Below, piece by piece: positions 30,908 to 42,515 of a stretch of DNA of 64,000 nucleotides; within the stretch, counting starts at the first letter, position 1, and every line of letters begins with the position of its first letter. A program made the translations under genes and the position numbers. A model generated the notes under the pieces. It was not told the origin of the DNA. It ran no database searches and was given only the letters and a program-made list of their open reading frames with translations. The DNA comes from an uncultured Verrucomicrobiae bacterium (GTDB taxonomy: Bacteria; Verrucomicrobiota; Verrucomicrobiia; Chthoniobacterales; Chthoniobacteraceae), in contig CAWIKF010000001.1 of the NCBI GenBank assembly GCA_963836755.1, positions 320,001 to 384,000 on the forward strand, read 5' to 3'.

Positions 30908-30935
30908 TTGCATTCGGTTTCATCGCGAGCATACT
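30908..30935 (+). promoter_or_regulatory. Candidate sigma70 promoter for rplA-rplJ-rplL
   Basis: TTGCAT (30908), 16-nt spacer, CATACT (30930), upstream A-tract. Confidence 0.45.
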
Positions 30936-30952
30936 TCGCGTCCCATTTTACC

Positions 30953-30985
30953 GCAGGAGTGCCCGTTCAGGCTCGCTAGCACTGC
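30953..30985 (+). promoter_or_regulatory. Candidate ribosomal protein L1-binding leader (autoregulatory site)
   Basis: GCAG-GAG-TGCC-cgttca-GGCT-CGCTAGCA-CTGC, an asymmetric internal loop with the GAG...CGYUAnnA layout of L1 operator RNAs, 8 nt before the rplA ATG. Confidence 0.6.
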
Positions 30986-30993
30986 AAAAAACC

Positions 30994-31695
30994 ATGGCAA
31001 CAAACCGCAGCAAACGTTATCGCGCAGCCACTGAAAAAGTGGATGCAAAAAAAGCATATTCGCTCGACGAAGCCGTCAGCGTCTTGAAATCGCTCCCGCC
31101 GACAAAGTTCGACCAGACGGTCACGCTTTCGTTCCGGCTCGGCGTCGATCCTCGTCAATCTGACCAGATGGTGCGCGGCACTTGTCCGCTGCCGAACGGT
31201 TCTGGAAAAAATGTGCGCGTGCTCGTTTTTGCCGAAGGCGACGCGGCGACGGCGGCGAAGAGTGCCGGCGCGGAGTTCGTCGGTTTTAAAGATTTGATCG
31301 CGAAGGTGACGGAAGGTTTTCAGGATTTCGACGTCGCGGTTGCGACCCCGGCGGCGATGGCGGAAGTCCGCAAGCTGGGCAAAGTGCTCGGACCGCGCGG
31401 GCTGATGCCGAATCCGAAGACGGGCACGGTCACCGACGATACCGCAAAGGCCGTGAAGGAAGTCAAAGCCGGCCGCGTGGAATTTAAGCTCGACAAAAAC
31501 GGGAATGTCGCGGTGCCGGTGGGCAAATTTTCTTTCGAAGCAAAAGCGCTCAGCGAGAATGGCGCGGCGGTGATTGACGCAGTCGCCAAAGCCCGTCCGG
31601 CGACGGCAAAAGGTGTGTTCATTGAAAACGTGACGCTGGCGGCGACGATGCTGCCAGGCTTGCGCGTGGACGCGTCGGCATTTCTGAAAAGCTAA
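30994..31695 (+). CDS. rplA: 50S ribosomal protein L1
   Basis: [32 protein letters not shown]. Confidence 0.98.
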   Translation: MATNRSKRYRAATEKVDAKKAYSLDEAVSVLKSLPPTKFDQTVTLSFRLGVDPRQSDQMVRGTCPLPNGSGKNVRVLVFAEGDAATAAKSAGAEFVGFKDLIAKVTEGFQDFDVAVATPAAMAEVRKLGKVLGPRGLMPNPKTGTVTDDTAKAVKEVKAGRVEFKLDKNGNVAVPVGKFSFEAKALSENGAAVIDAVAKARPATAKGVFIENVTLAATMLPGLRVDASAFLKS

Positions 31696-31710
31696 AACGG
31701 AACGACCAAC

Positions 31711-32229
31711 ATGAGACCTGAAAAAGCAAGTGTGGTGGAAGATTTGCAGACGAAGCTGAATGCTTCGCCGTTTCTTTTTGTCGCCGATTACACGGGGCTG
31801 AAAGTTGATCAGTTCAGCGAGTTGCGCACGCGTCTCGCGAGCGTCGGCGCGCGTTGCCACGTCGTCAAGAATACGTTTCTGCGCCGTGCAGCGAAAGAAG
31901 CGGGGCTGCCCGAAATGGGCGAGCTCAAGGGCCAAAGCGCGATCATCGTCGGCGACAAAGATGTGGCGGCGGCGGCGAAAATTTTAAAGAGCTATGCGGC
32001 GGAATTTCAAAAGCCGGTGATGAAGGTTGGCGTCATTGATCGCGCGGTTGTCTCGACCGACCAGATCAAGGCGATCGCTGATTTGCCCGCTCGCGAAGTC
32101 CTGCTCGCGCAGTTGCTCGGGACGCTGCAATCGCCGGCGGCGACGCTGGTGCGTTTGCTCAACGAGCCGGCCTCGGCGCTCGCACGTGTGCTCAAGGCGC
32201 AATCCGAAAATGGAGAAACGGCTGCGTAA
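31711..32229 (+). CDS. rplJ: 50S ribosomal protein L10
   Basis: DY.GL.V, VVKNT, LP.RE.LLA.LLG; synteny. Confidence 0.95.
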   Translation: MRPEKASVVEDLQTKLNASPFLFVADYTGLKVDQFSELRTRLASVGARCHVVKNTFLRRAAKEAGLPEMGELKGQSAIIVGDKDVAAAAKILKSYAAEFQKPVMKVGVIDRAVVSTDQIKAIADLPAREVLLAQLLGTLQSPAATLVRLLNEPASALARVLKAQSENGETAA

Positions 32230-32359
32230 AAACTTTCGCGGGCGTCGCAGTTGGCGCTCGCGATTTTAACAACAAACAAATGGTTCCTCGTCGGGCGGGC
32301 GGCTACCTGTCTCAAATGCGCTGAAGCTTCAGTGCGCGACGATACCGCAGAAAAAACAT

Positions 32360-32746
32360 ATGGCAGATACAAATACGTTAGTAGATCAACTCAGCGGGCT
32401 GACCGTTTTGCAAGTCGCGGAACTCGTCAAGGCGCTCGAGGAAAAATGGGGCGTCAGCGCAGCGGCTCCAGTCGCGGCGGCTGCTCCGGCAGCTGGCGGC
32501 GGTGGCGCAGCAGCAGCACCGGCGGAAGAAAAAACCGCGTTTGACGTCATTCTCAAGGAGACTGGCGGCAACAAAATTGCGGTGATCAAGGAAGTGCGCG
32601 CCGCAGTTTCCGGCCTCGGTTTGGCAGAAGCAAAAGCTCTCGTAGAGAGCGCGCCGAAGTCGATCAAAGAAGGCGTGACCAAGGAAGAAGCCGAAGAGAT
32701 CAAGAAAAAGATCGAAGCGGCTGGTGCCAAGGTCGAAATCCAGTAA
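32360..32746 (+). CDS. rplL: 50S ribosomal protein L7/L12
   Basis: [13 protein letters not shown], Ala/Gly hinge, [18 protein letters not shown]. Confidence 0.98.
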   Translation: MADTNTLVDQLSGLTVLQVAELVKALEEKWGVSAAAPVAAAAPAAGGGGAAAAPAEEKTAFDVILKETGGNKIAVIKEVRAAVSGLGLAEAKALVESAPKSIKEGVTKEEAEEIKKKIEAAGAKVEIQ

Positions 32747-32778
32747 TTTTACCGCTCGCGATTGGCGCGGCGGCGGCG

Positions 32779-32819
32779 AAAAAAAAACGCTTGCCGCGCG
32801 CCGATTGCCGGCGTAGTCT
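32779..32819 (+). promoter_or_regulatory. Candidate sigma70 promoter for rpoBC
   Basis: A9 tract (32779-32787), TTGCCG (32791), 17-nt spacer, TAGTCT (32814). Confidence 0.55.
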
Positions 32820-32895
32820 TTCCATCCCAACTTTTCAGGACGTTGACCCGAAACAACTGACCTTTCGAATTCAAACATCACGAGCGGAATGAAAA

Positions 32896-32924
32896 CCGCG
32901 ACCACGCAAGAGGTCGCGGCTTTT
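32896..32924 (+). terminator. Terminator/attenuator-like hairpin in the rplL-rpoB spacer
   Basis: CCGCGACC-acgcaaga-GGTCGCGG followed by CTTTTGTTCTGTTT. Confidence 0.6.
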
Positions 32925-33032
32925 GTTCTGTTTGCATTGTCCGCTGTCGGAAAATTCTTAAACGAATAATTTTTGCTTCGCCACGCGCTTGCCAGCGACG
33001 TGATGGAGCCAACCACAAAACTGCGCAAAAAT

Positions 33033-36000
33033 ATGTCTCAGCGAATTAATTTCGGCAAAATCAAGGAAGCGGCCGAGCCACCAAACCTCATTGAAGTCCA
33101 GCTCAATTCCTACGTGGAATTTCTGCAAAAGGATGTGCCGCCGAGCAAACGCAAAGACACGGGACTGCAGGCGGTTTTCCGCGAGGTGTTCCCGATCACG
33201 AGCTACGACGAAAAAGTGACGCTCGATTTCGTGAGCTACGACATCGGCGAACCCAAAGTCAGCGCGATCGAGTCTCAAAAAGAGAGCCAGACGTTCAGCG
33301 CACCGCTGCACGTAACTTTTCAACTCAAGGAAGAGCGCGGGACGAAAGAGGAAAAAGTTTACATGGGCGAAATCCCGCTCATGACGCCGCAGGGGACGTT
33401 TGTCATCAATGGCGCGGAACGCGTTGTCGTCAGCCAGCTGCATCGCTCGCCTGGCATTTGTTTCGAGTCGAGCATCCATCTCAATGGCAAGGTGCTTTAC
33501 AGTTTCCGCATCATTCCCGACCGCGGTTCGTGGCTCGAGGTTCAATTCGACACGAACGATTTGCTTTACATTTATCTCGACCGCCGCAAGCGCCGCCGGA
33601 AATTTCTCGCGACGACATTTCTGCGCGCGCTTGGCTACGGCTCGGACGAGGAAATCATCAAGCTGTTTTACAACATCGAGGACCTCAAACTCAGCGATAA
33701 GCTCGAGGAAGAAGAGATTGCGACCAAGGTGCTCATCGCCGATGTGCGCGATGGCGAAATCACGGTTGCGCGCGCCTTTGAGCCGCTGACGAAAGCGACT
33801 GTCAGGCAGGTGCTTACGCTCGGCGTCGACAGCGTTAAAGTCGTCGATACGAAAGAAGATGACACCGTCATCAAGTCGTTGAAAAAAGATCCGGCGCATG
33901 ATGAAGAAGAGGCGCTGAAAGATATTTACCGCCGTCTGCGTCCTGGCGATCCGCCAACGGTCGCGAACGCTCGCGGCTTGCTGAAGCGGCTGTTTTTTGA
34001 TCCGAAGAAATACGATCTCGGACGCGTCGGCCGTTACAAAATTAATCAAAAGCTTAGCACCAACGTTGACCTCGGTGAGCGCGTGATGACGAACGCGGAT
34101 TTCATCGCTGCGATGAAATATCTGATCGGGCTGCTGCGCGGCGAGGGGACGCTCGACGATATCGATCATCTCGGCTCGCGTCGCGTCCGGACGGTCGGCG
34201 AGTTGCTCGCGAACCAGTGCCGCGTCGGTCTCGCGCGGACGGAACGCCTTGTTAAAGAACGTATGACTTTGTTTGACGTCAACATCGAGGGGATGACGCC
34301 GCAAAAACTCATTAACCCGAAAGCACTCAGCGCGGTCATTCGCGACTTTTTCGGACGCTCGCAGCTCTCGCAGTTCATGGATCAAACCAATCCGCTGGCG
34401 GAATTGACGCACAAGCGGCGTCTCTCAGCGCTCGGGCCAGGCGGACTTTCGCGCGATCGCGCGGGCTTTGAAGTCCGTGACGTCCATCCGTCGCACTACG
34501 GCCGAATTTGTCCGATCGAGACGCCGGAAGGTCCGAACATCGGCCTCATCAGCTCGATGTCGACCTATGCGCGCATCAACGATTTTGGTTTCATCGAGAC
34601 ACCGTATCGCAAAGTCGAAAAAGGTCGCGTGACGGAGCAGATCGATTATTTGACCGGCGATCGCGAAGAGGCATTTCTGGTGGCGCAGGCAAATTCCCCG
34701 ATCGACAGCCACGGAAAATTCACGAGCGAAAAAGTTTCTGTCCGCTATCGCGGCGATTTTTTGGAAGTCGAGCCGGACAAAGTTCATTATATGGACATCT
34801 CGCCGAAACAGCTCGTCTCAGTCGCGGCTGGGCTGATCCCATTTCTCGAGCACGACGATGCGAACCGCGCGCTGATGGGCTCGAACATGCAGCGCCAGGG
34901 CGTGCCGCTTTTAAAAAGTGATGCACCGCTTGTCGGCACCGGCATGGAAGGCAAAGTCGCGCGCGATTCGAAGGCCGTGATCGTCGCGGAAGCGAACGGC
35001 AAAGTCGCAAGCGTTACCGCGGATCAGATCATCATCACGAAGGACGGGCATCTGCCGGAAGGCCGGAAAAAACTTAAACACGATCCCGAGGAGCACATTT
35101 ACGTTTACGAGCTGCGCAAATTCATGCGCTCGAATGCGGCGACTTGCGTCAACCAAAAGGTGATCGTGAAAAAAGGTCAGACCGTGCACAAAGGCGACGT
35201 CATCGCCGACGGCCCGAACACGGAAAACGGCGAGCTCGCACTCGGCCGCAATGTGCTCGTCGCGTTCATGCCGTGGAACGGCTACAACTTTGAGGACGCG
35301 ATCATGATTTCGGAAAAAGTCGTGAAGGAGGATATCTACACGTCCATCCACATCGACGAGTTCGAGATCGGCGCGCGAGACACGAAGCTCGGACCGGAAG
35401 AAATCACGCGCGACATTCCGAATGTCAGCGAAGAAGCGCTGCGCAATCTTGGCCCCGACGGCGTCATCCGCGTCGGCGCGGAAGTAAAGCCGGGCGATAT
35501 TTTGGTCGGCAAAATCACGCCGAAATCCGAGACGGAACTTGCGCCCGAAGAGCGCTTGCTGCGCGCGATTTTCGGCGAAAAAGCGGCCGACGTGAAAGAC
35601 ACGTCGCTGACCGTGCCATCCGGCACTTACGGCATCGTGATGGATGTGAAAGTTTCTTCGCGCAAAGAAATCACGCGCCAGAAACTTTCGCCGGCGGAAT
35701 CAAAACGCCAGGCGAAACAAATCCAAGACGAATACCAAAAGAAAAAAGACGAGCTGCACGAACAGCTCACCGAAGCACTCAGTAATATTTTGCTCGGCGA
35801 AAAAATTCCGCTCGACGTGGTCAACGCGCAAACGGGCGAAATCATCATTCCGGCAAACCGCAAAATCACGAAGACGCTGCTGCGCAAACTCGCGGGATTT
35901 TACGATCACGTGGACATCGATCCTTCGCCGATCCGCAATAAAATTCGCGAGATCATCGGCCACTTTGAACACAAGTTCGCCGAGCTCGAACTCGAGCACG

Positions 36001-36827
36001 AGCGCTCGATGGACAAAGTCGAAAGCGGAGACGACATCGATCCCGGCATCATCAAGCAGGTCAAAGTTTTCGTCGCGAGCAAACGCAAGCTCAGCGTCGG
36101 CGACAAGATGGCGGGACGCCACGGCAACAAAGGTGTCGTTGCGCGGATCGTGCCGGAGGAAGACATGCCATTTTTGGCTGACGGAACGCCGGTCGAAATC
36201 TGCCTCAACCCGCTCGGCGTGCCGAGCCGCATGAACGTCGGCCAAGTGCTCGAAACGCATCTCGGCGTGGCAGCAAAGGCGCTCGGATTCACGGTGGCGA
36301 CGCCGGTCTTTGACGGCATCCAGGAATCGCAGATTCGGGATTATTTGAAGGAAGCGAAAAAAGTCGAAGGCTTCACGTGGATCAACGAAAACGGCAAAGC
36401 GACCGTTTACGACGGCCGCACCGGTGACCAGTTCGATCAACAGGTTGTTGTCGGTTATATCTACATGCTGAAGCTCGGGCATTTGGTCGCCGACAAAATC
36501 CATGCGCGCGCGGTCGGGCCTTACTCGCTCGTCACGCAGCAGCCGCTCGGTGGCAAGGCGCAATACGGCGGCCAGCGTTTCGGCGAGATGGAAGTCTGGG
36601 CGCTCGAAGCTTACGGCGCGGCCTACACGCTGCAGGAATTGCTCACCGTGAAGTCCGACGACGTGCAGGGCCGCACGCGCATTTACGAGTCCATCGTCAA
36701 AGGCGACAACTCGCTCGAAGCGGGAACGCCGGAGTCATTCAATGTTTTGATCAAGGAAATGAAGAGCCTCGGCCTCGACGTCAAAGTCGGTGGAAAAGCA
36801 CCCGTCCTCGATGGCGGCGTGATGTAA
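33033..36827 (+). CDS. rpoB: RNA polymerase subunit beta
   Basis: ATG at 33033; [39 protein letters not shown]. Confidence 0.99.
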   Translation: MSQRINFGKIKEAAEPPNLIEVQLNSYVEFLQKDVPPSKRKDTGLQAVFREVFPITSYDEKVTLDFVSYDIGEPKVSAIESQKESQTFSAPLHVTFQLKEERGTKEEKVYMGEIPLMTPQGTFVINGAERVVVSQLHRSPGICFESSIHLNGKVLYSFRIIPDRGSWLEVQFDTNDLLYIYLDRRKRRRKFLATTFLRALGYGSDEEIIKLFYNIEDLKLSDKLEEEEIATKVLIADVRDGEITVARAFEPLTKATVRQVLTLGVDSVKVVDTKEDDTVIKSLKKDPAHDEEEALKDIYRRLRPGDPPTVANARGLLKRLFFDPKKYDLGRVGRYKINQKLSTNVDLGERVMTNADFIAAMKYLIGLLRGEGTLDDIDHLGSRRVRTVGELLANQCRVGLARTERLVKERMTLFDVNIEGMTPQKLINPKALSAVIRDFFGRSQLSQFMDQTNPLAELTHKRRLSALGPGGLSRDRAGFEVRDVHPSHYGRICPIETPEGPNIGLISSMSTYARINDFGFIETPYRKVEKGRVTEQIDYLTGDREEAFLVAQANSPIDSHGKFTSEKVSVRYRGDFLEVEPDKVHYMDISPKQLVSVAAGLIPFLEHDDANRALMGSNMQRQGVPLLKSDAPLVGTGMEGKVARDSKAVIVAEANGKVASVTADQIIITKDGHLPEGRKKLKHDPEEHIYVYELRKFMRSNAATCVNQKVIVKKGQTVHKGDVIADGPNTENGELALGRNVLVAFMPWNGYNFEDAIMISEKVVKEDIYTSIHIDEFEIGARDTKLGPEEITRDIPNVSEEALRNLGPDGVIRVGAEVKPGDILVGKITPKSETELAPEERLLRAIFGEKAADVKDTSLTVPSGTYGIVMDVKVSSRKEITRQKLSPAESKRQAKQIQDEYQKKKDELHEQLTEALSNILLGEKIPLDVVNAQTGEIIIPANRKITKTLLRKLAGFYDHVDIDPSPIRNKIREIIGHFEHKFAELELEHERSMDKVESGDDIDPGIIKQVKVFVASKRKLSVGDKMAGRHGNKGVVARIVPEEDMPFLADGTPVEICLNPLGVPSRMNVGQVLETHLGVAAKALGFTVATPVFDGIQESQIRDYLKEAKKVEGFTWINENGKATVYDGRTGDQFDQQVVVGYIYMLKLGHLVADKIHARAVGPYSLVTQQPLGGKAQYGGQRFGEMEVWALEAYGAAYTLQELLTVKSDDVQGRTRIYESIVKGDNSLEAGTPESFNVLIKEMKSLGLDVKVGGKAPVLDGGVM

Positions 36828-36890
36828 GCCTGAGGAAAATCTTCCCGCAAAAACAACGTCTAACAGTTAGTTCAGAAACCAGATTCATAT

Positions 36891-39800
36891 ATGTCGGAAC
36901 TCAATATTCGCGAAATTTTTGGCGAGGAACGCGGCGTCGGCTTTGACCAGGTGGGCATCACTGTCGCGTCGCCGGACAGCATTCGCTCGTGGTCCAAAGG
37001 CGAGGTCAAGAACCCTGAAACGATCAATTACCGCACGTTCAAGCCCGAAAAAGGCGGCTTGTTTTGCGAGCGTATTTTCGGGCCGACGCGGGATTGGGAA
37101 TGCTCGTGCGGCAAATACAAACGCATCAAGCACAAGGGCGTGATCTGCGATCGCTGCGGCGTCGAAGTCACGCTCTCGCGCGTGCGCCGCGAGCGGATGG
37201 GCCACATCGAGCTCGCCGTCCCGGTATCGCACATTTGGTTTTACAAATGCATGCCGTCGCGCATCGGCCTCATGCTGGATATGACGAGCCGCCAGCTCGA
37301 GCGCGTCATTTATTACGAGGATTACATCGTGATCGATCCGGGCCAGACGCCGCTGCAGCGCTGCCAGCTTTTGACCGAAACGGAATACCGCGAGGCGGTC
37401 GATCAATACGGCGAAGCTTTCACTGCAGGCATGGGCGCGGAAGGCATCAAAACTTTGCTAGCACAAACTGAACTCGCAAAGCTCAACAAAGAACTCGAGG
37501 AGCAAATGGGCACGACTCGCTCAAAGCAGATTCGCAAGAAATTGGCGAAGCGGCTGAAGCTCGTCGGCGGATTTGCCAGCTCTCACACGCGGCCGGAATG
37601 GATGATCCTGGAAGTGCTGCCGGTCATCCCACCCGACCTGCGTCCGCTCGTGCCGCTCGAAGGCGGAAGATTCGCGACATCGGATTTGAACGACCTTTAT
37701 CGCCGCGTCATCAACCGCAACAATCGTTTAAAAAACCTGCTACAACTGAAAACTCCCGATGTCATCATCCGGAATGAAAAACGGATGCTGCAGGAAGCGG
37801 TCGATGCGCTTTTCGACAATGGCCGTCACGGCCGCGCGGTCACGGGCGCCGGCAATCGTCCACTGAAATCGCTGAGCGACATGCTCAAGGGCAAGGGCGG
37901 ACGTTTTCGTCAAAATTTGCTCGGCAAGCGTGTCGATTATTCGGGCCGCTCGGTCATCGTCATCGGGCCGGAACTCAAATTGAACCAATGCGGATTGCCG
38001 AAAAAAATGGCGCTCGTGTTGTTCGAGCCGTTCATCATTCGCGTGCTCAAGGAACGCGGTTACGTCCACACTGTCCGCAGCGCGAAGAAGATGATCGAGC
38101 GCCAGACGCCTGAGGTTTGGGACATCTTGGAGGAGGTTACGAAAGGCCATCCGGTGCTGCTGAACCGCGCGCCGACGTTGCATCGGTTGTCGATCCAGGC
38201 GTTTGAGCCGCAGCTCATCGAGGGCGAGGCGATTCGTATCCATCCACTGGTCTGCACGGCGTATAACGCGGACTTTGACGGCGACCAGATGGCTGTGCAC
38301 GTGCCGCTTTCGGTCGAGGCACAAATGGAAGCGCGGATGCTCATGCTGGCGCCGAACAACATTTTCTCGCCGTCGAGCGGGAAGCCGATCACCACGCCGT
38401 CGCAGGACATCGTGCTCGGTTGCTATTATTTGACGCAAAATCCTCGCAAGGGAATCGGCGCAGGCCAAAAGGAGGGCGAGCGTTTGTCGCTGTTTGAAAA
38501 TGCGGTCGAGGTCGAGTTTGCGCTGTCGGAAGGCAATGTGAGAATTCACGACCGGATTCGTTTTAAAAATCCAGACTTCGGCAAAAAAACAGTTTACGGC
38601 AATACCGAAATCAAAGTCATGGAGACCACGGCTGGGCGCGTGATTTTCAATCAAATCTGGCCGAAGTCGCTCGGCTTTTTCAACAAAGCCTGCGGCAAAA
38701 AACAAATCTCCGACGTCATCTGGCGCTGCTATCAGGCGGCCGGCCAGGCGGGCACGGTCGAGACGCTCGACAAGCTCAAGGAGCTCGGTTTCACGTGGGC
38801 GACGAAGGCCGGCATTTCGATCGGCATCGCGGACATGATCATTCCGAAGGAGAAGCAGACCGAGCTCGATCACGCGTATCGCCAGATCGGCGACGTGGAC
38901 AAGCAATACAAGCGCGGCATCATCACCGACGGCGAGCGTTACAACAAAATCATCGACATCTGGACACACGCGGGTGAGGAAATCTCAAACGTCATGTTCC
39001 GCACCCTCGAGCACAACGAGGGGCGCAAGGAGTTAAACCCTGTATTCTTAATGGTGGACTCTGGCGCGCGCGGCAATCGCCAGCAGGTCAAGCAGCTAGC
39101 CGGCATGCGCGGTTTGATGGCGAAGCCGAGCGGCGAAATCATCGAGCGCCCGATCACGTCAAACTTCCGCGAAGGGCTGACCGTGCTCGAGTATTTCATC
39201 TCCACGCACGGCGCGCGCAAAGGTCTCGCCGACACCGCGCTTAAGACGGCAGACTCCGGTTATCTCACGCGCAAATTGGTGGATGCAGCGCAGGACGTCA
39301 TCATCAACGAAGACGATTGCAAAACGAGCAACGGCATTTTGGTGCGTGCGATTTATGAAGGCGACGAGGAAGTCGTCGATCTGCCGACTCGCATCGTTGG
39401 CCGCGTGAGTTGTGAAACGGTGAAAGATCCGGTCACGCAAAAAGCGATCATCAAGCGCGATCATCTCATCGATGAAGTAACGGCTGCCGCGATTGAAAAA
39501 ATCGGCCACGAGCAGCTCAAGATTCGCTCGGTGCTCACCTGCGAATCGGGCCGCGGCGTTTGCGCCAAGTGCTACGGACGCAATCTCGCCACCGGCCAGA
39601 TGGTCAAGCTCGGCGAAGCGGTCGGCATCATCGCCGCGCAATCGATCGGTGAGCCCGGCACGCAGCTCACCATGCGCACGTTCCACATCGGCGGCACGGC
39701 ATCGCAAACATTTAAACAACCGATCATCAAAGCGAAAAGCGATGGCGACATCCGCTTCAACGATTTGCGCACCGTGCAAGCTCTCGACGGCACTTGGATC

Positions 39801-41015
39801 GTGCTCAACAAAAACGGCTCCGTCACCGTCCACGGCAAGGATGGCCGCGAAGTCGAGCGCTACAACATCGTCATCGGTTCCGTCATTTCGATCGCGGACG
39901 GCGGCCGCGTGAAAAAAGGCGAAGCGTTCGTCCAGTGGGATCCATACAACGTCCCGATCTTGACCGAGAAAGCCGGCAAGATTGAGTTCCGCGACATGAT
40001 CGCGGGCGTCACGATCAAAAAGGAAGTCGATGAAGCGACGGGCGTCATGGGCACTGTCGTCATCGAACACAAAGAAGATTTGCATCCGCAGATCGTCGTC
40101 GTGGATGAAAAATCGCACGAGATTCTTGCGAGCTACTCGATTCCGGCCGGCGCGCACGTGAGCGTGCAGGAAGGAAAGAAGATCGCCGCTGGTGCATTGC
40201 TGGCGAAGACGCCGCGCAAAATCGCGAAGACCAAAGACATCACCGGCGGACTTCCGCGCGTGGCGGAATTGTTCGAAGCGCGCCGTCCGAAAGACGCAGC
40301 CGAGATCGCGAAGATTGATGGCGTTGTCGAAATCGGCGGCACAGTCCGCGGCAAGCGGCGCGTGATTTTGAAAGACGAAGCGACCGGCGCGGAAGAAGAG
40401 CACCTTGTTCCGCTGAACAAACACATCATCGTCTTCAAGGGCGATTTTGTGAAAAAAGGTTCGCAGCTCACCGACGGCTCTGTCGTCCCGCACGAGATCC
40501 TCGATGTCTGCGGCCCGCAGGAATTGCAGGAACACATGGTTAACGAAGTGCAGGAAGTTTACCGCCTGCAAGGCGTCGAAATTAACGACAAACACATCGA
40601 AATCATTGTGCGGCAAATGTTGCGCAAAGTGAAAATCACTGAACCCGGCGATACTGCGCTGCTTTGGGGCGATCAACTCGACCGACTCGAATTCGAGGCG
40701 GAAAATGCCCGCGTCATTGAGAAAGGCGGCAAGCCCGCGGAAGCTTCGCCGGTGCTGCTTGGCATCACAAAAGCTTCGCTGGAGACCGATTCGTTCATCA
40801 GTGCGGCTTCGTTCCAGGACACGACGCGCGTGCTGACCGAAGCGGCAACGCTTGGCCGCGTCGATCATCTGCGCGGCTTCAAGGAAAACGTCATCATGGG
40901 CCACCTCATCCCGGCGGGCACGGGCTTCCACACACATCGGGGAGTCAATGTTGTCCAGCTTGGCGAAGCGATTGGCGCGCCAGTCACAGAAACGCTGGAG
41001 CCCGCGCTAGGCTAA
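36891..41015 (+). CDS. rpoC: RNA polymerase subunit beta'
   Basis: Zn-finger CSCG...[37 protein letters not shown]. Confidence 0.99.
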   Translation: MSELNIREIFGEERGVGFDQVGITVASPDSIRSWSKGEVKNPETINYRTFKPEKGGLFCERIFGPTRDWECSCGKYKRIKHKGVICDRCGVEVTLSRVRRERMGHIELAVPVSHIWFYKCMPSRIGLMLDMTSRQLERVIYYEDYIVIDPGQTPLQRCQLLTETEYREAVDQYGEAFTAGMGAEGIKTLLAQTELAKLNKELEEQMGTTRSKQIRKKLAKRLKLVGGFASSHTRPEWMILEVLPVIPPDLRPLVPLEGGRFATSDLNDLYRRVINRNNRLKNLLQLKTPDVIIRNEKRMLQEAVDALFDNGRHGRAVTGAGNRPLKSLSDMLKGKGGRFRQNLLGKRVDYSGRSVIVIGPELKLNQCGLPKKMALVLFEPFIIRVLKERGYVHTVRSAKKMIERQTPEVWDILEEVTKGHPVLLNRAPTLHRLSIQAFEPQLIEGEAIRIHPLVCTAYNADFDGDQMAVHVPLSVEAQMEARMLMLAPNNIFSPSSGKPITTPSQDIVLGCYYLTQNPRKGIGAGQKEGERLSLFENAVEVEFALSEGNVRIHDRIRFKNPDFGKKTVYGNTEIKVMETTAGRVIFNQIWPKSLGFFNKACGKKQISDVIWRCYQAAGQAGTVETLDKLKELGFTWATKAGISIGIADMIIPKEKQTELDHAYRQIGDVDKQYKRGIITDGERYNKIIDIWTHAGEEISNVMFRTLEHNEGRKELNPVFLMVDSGARGNRQQVKQLAGMRGLMAKPSGEIIERPITSNFREGLTVLEYFISTHGARKGLADTALKTADSGYLTRKLVDAAQDVIINEDDCKTSNGILVRAIYEGDEEVVDLPTRIVGRVSCETVKDPVTQKAIIKRDHLIDEVTAAAIEKIGHEQLKIRSVLTCESGRGVCAKCYGRNLATGQMVKLGEAVGIIAAQSIGEPGTQLTMRTFHIGGTASQTFKQPIIKAKSDGDIRFNDLRTVQALDGTWIVLNKNGSVTVHGKDGREVERYNIVIGSVISIADGGRVKKGEAFVQWDPYNVPILTEKAGKIEFRDMIAGVTIKKEVDEATGVMGTVVIEHKEDLHPQIVVVDEKSHEILASYSIPAGAHVSVQEGKKIAAGALLAKTPRKIAKTKDITGGLPRVAELFEARRPKDAAEIAKIDGVVEIGGTVRGKRRVILKDEATGAEEEHLVPLNKHIIVFKGDFVKKGSQLTDGSVVPHEILDVCGPQELQEHMVNEVQEVYRLQGVEINDKHIEIIVRQMLRKVKITEPGDTALLWGDQLDRLEFEAENARVIEKGGKPAEASPVLLGITKASLETDSFISAASFQDTTRVLTEAATLGRVDHLRGFKENVIMGHLIPAGTGFHTHRGVNVVQLGEAIGAPVTETLEPALG

Positions 41016-41024
41016 TTTATTCGC

Positions 41025-41076
41025 AAAGCGAAATTCACGGGCGCAGCTGAAATCTTTTAGCTGCGCCCTTCGCTTT
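41025..41076 (+). terminator. Hairpin terminator after rpoC
   Basis: GGGCGCAGCTGAAA/TTTTAGCTGCGCCC inverted repeat, extended by AAAGCGAA/TTCGCTTT. Confidence 0.7.
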
Positions 41077-41104
41077 CCAAATAAAACACGCGAACTTTTT
41101 TGGC

Positions 41105-41638
41105 ATGTCCATCGCGACCAAAACCGGGGACGATGGCACAACGGCGCTCATGTTTGGACGTCGCGTGCCGAAAACCAATCCGCAGGTCGAGGCCTACGGC
41201 ACAGTCGATGAACTGAACGCGGCGCTGGGGAATGTGCGCGCGCAATGCCGCGAAAGTTTCATCACGGACGAGATATTCGCGATTCAAAAGGAGCTGGTGA
41301 TTCTCATGGGCGAGTTGTCCGTCGAAAGTCAGGACCGCGCCCGCTATGCCGAAAAAGGTTTCAAGTTTGTGACCAGCGAAATGGTCGATCGGCTCACCGC
41401 GCTTATCGATGACCTCGAGCAAAATCACCAGATCAATTTCCAAAAATGGGCAACGCCGGGACACGACGCCGCCAGCGCGGCGCTCGATGTCGCGCGCACC
41501 GTTTGCCGTCGCGCCGAGCGGCGTGTCGTAGAACTCGAGCGCCGCGATTTGCACGCCGATGTGATCCGTTATCTCAACCGGCTTTCGGACCTTTGCTGGC
41601 TCTACGCGCGATGGATCGAAACAGCTGCAGAGAAATGA
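41105..41638 (+). CDS. pduO: PduO-type cob(I)alamin adenosyltransferase
   Basis: TKTGD.GTT, AYGTVDELN, ARTVCRRAER, YLNRLSD. Confidence 0.93.
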   Translation: MSIATKTGDDGTTALMFGRRVPKTNPQVEAYGTVDELNAALGNVRAQCRESFITDEIFAIQKELVILMGELSVESQDRARYAEKGFKFVTSEMVDRLTALIDDLEQNHQINFQKWATPGHDAASAALDVARTVCRRAERRVVELERRDLHADVIRYLNRLSDLCWLYARWIETAAEK

Positions 41639-41713
41639 CGGCAAAAAGATCGCTTGCCATTTTCCAGATTCGCGTCAAAGTTTCCGGCTCTTTTCCTGAC
41701 AAACAAACTTGCT

Positions 41714-42442
41714 ATGCCATCCACTGAATTGATGACGGAACTTCTCGAGGCCGGAGTGCACTTTGGCCACCAAACCAAGCGCTGGAATCCAAAGATGAAG
41801 CCGCACATTTTCGAAAAGCGCAACGGCATTTACATCATCAATCTCGGCGAAACCGTGCGCCAGCTCGAGGAAGCGACGCAATTTCTTTCAGACACAGCGC
41901 GCCGCGGTGGCCGCATCCTGTTTGTCGGCTGCAAAAAACAGGCGCAGGAGGCGATCAAGGAAGCCGCTGTGGCATGTGGGCAGTTTTACGTGAACCAGCG
42001 CTGGCTCGGCGGAACGCTGACCAATCTGACGACTATTCGCAAAAGCATCGGCCGCTTGAAATACATCGAGACGCTCGAGAGCGCGCCGGAGTTTTCCAAG
42101 ATGGGCAAACAGGAAATCGCTGCGGTCAAACGCGAGGGCGAAAAGCTGCTACGCAATCTCGAGGGCATTCGCGACATGGAAAAATTGCCGGACGCATTGA
42201 TCGTGATCGACACCGTGCGTGAGGAAATCGCCGTCTCGGAAGCAAAGCGTCTCGGCATTCCGACCATCGCCATCGTCGATACGAATGCAGATCCGGATTT
42301 GATCAACTATCCGATCGCTGGCAACGACGACGCGATCCGCGCGATTCGCATCGTGCTGCAAAAGCTGGTGGACGCGATCGTCACCGCGAGCGGTGAGGCG
42401 GGCCGCCGTCAGGAAGCAGAACTGGCCGGCGTCGGCGAATAA
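41714..42442 (+). CDS. rpsB: 30S ribosomal protein S2
   Basis: ATG at 41714; [33 protein letters not shown]. Confidence 0.98.
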   Translation: MPSTELMTELLEAGVHFGHQTKRWNPKMKPHIFEKRNGIYIINLGETVRQLEEATQFLSDTARRGGRILFVGCKKQAQEAIKEAAVACGQFYVNQRWLGGTLTNLTTIRKSIGRLKYIETLESAPEFSKMGKQEIAAVKREGEKLLRNLEGIRDMEKLPDALIVIDTVREEIAVSEAKRLGIPTIAIVDTNADPDLINYPIAGNDDAIRAIRIVLQKLVDAIVTASGEAGRRQEAELAGVGE

Positions 42443-42515
42443 GTTTCTCGGCGACTCTCAGCCGGAGACCTTCTTCCAAATCCGGGCCGAGTCCTTGGGC
42501 CAAAGCTTTTACTTT

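Noticed and set aside
35627..36050. Coiled-coil-rich insertion in RpoB as a possible intein or novel domain
   Set aside because: No intein terminal motifs; it lies at a position where lineage-specific beta-subunit insertions are common
41016..41104. Cobalamin riboswitch upstream of pduO
   Set aside because: The spacer is under 90 nt, is occupied by the rpoC terminator, and shows no B12-box
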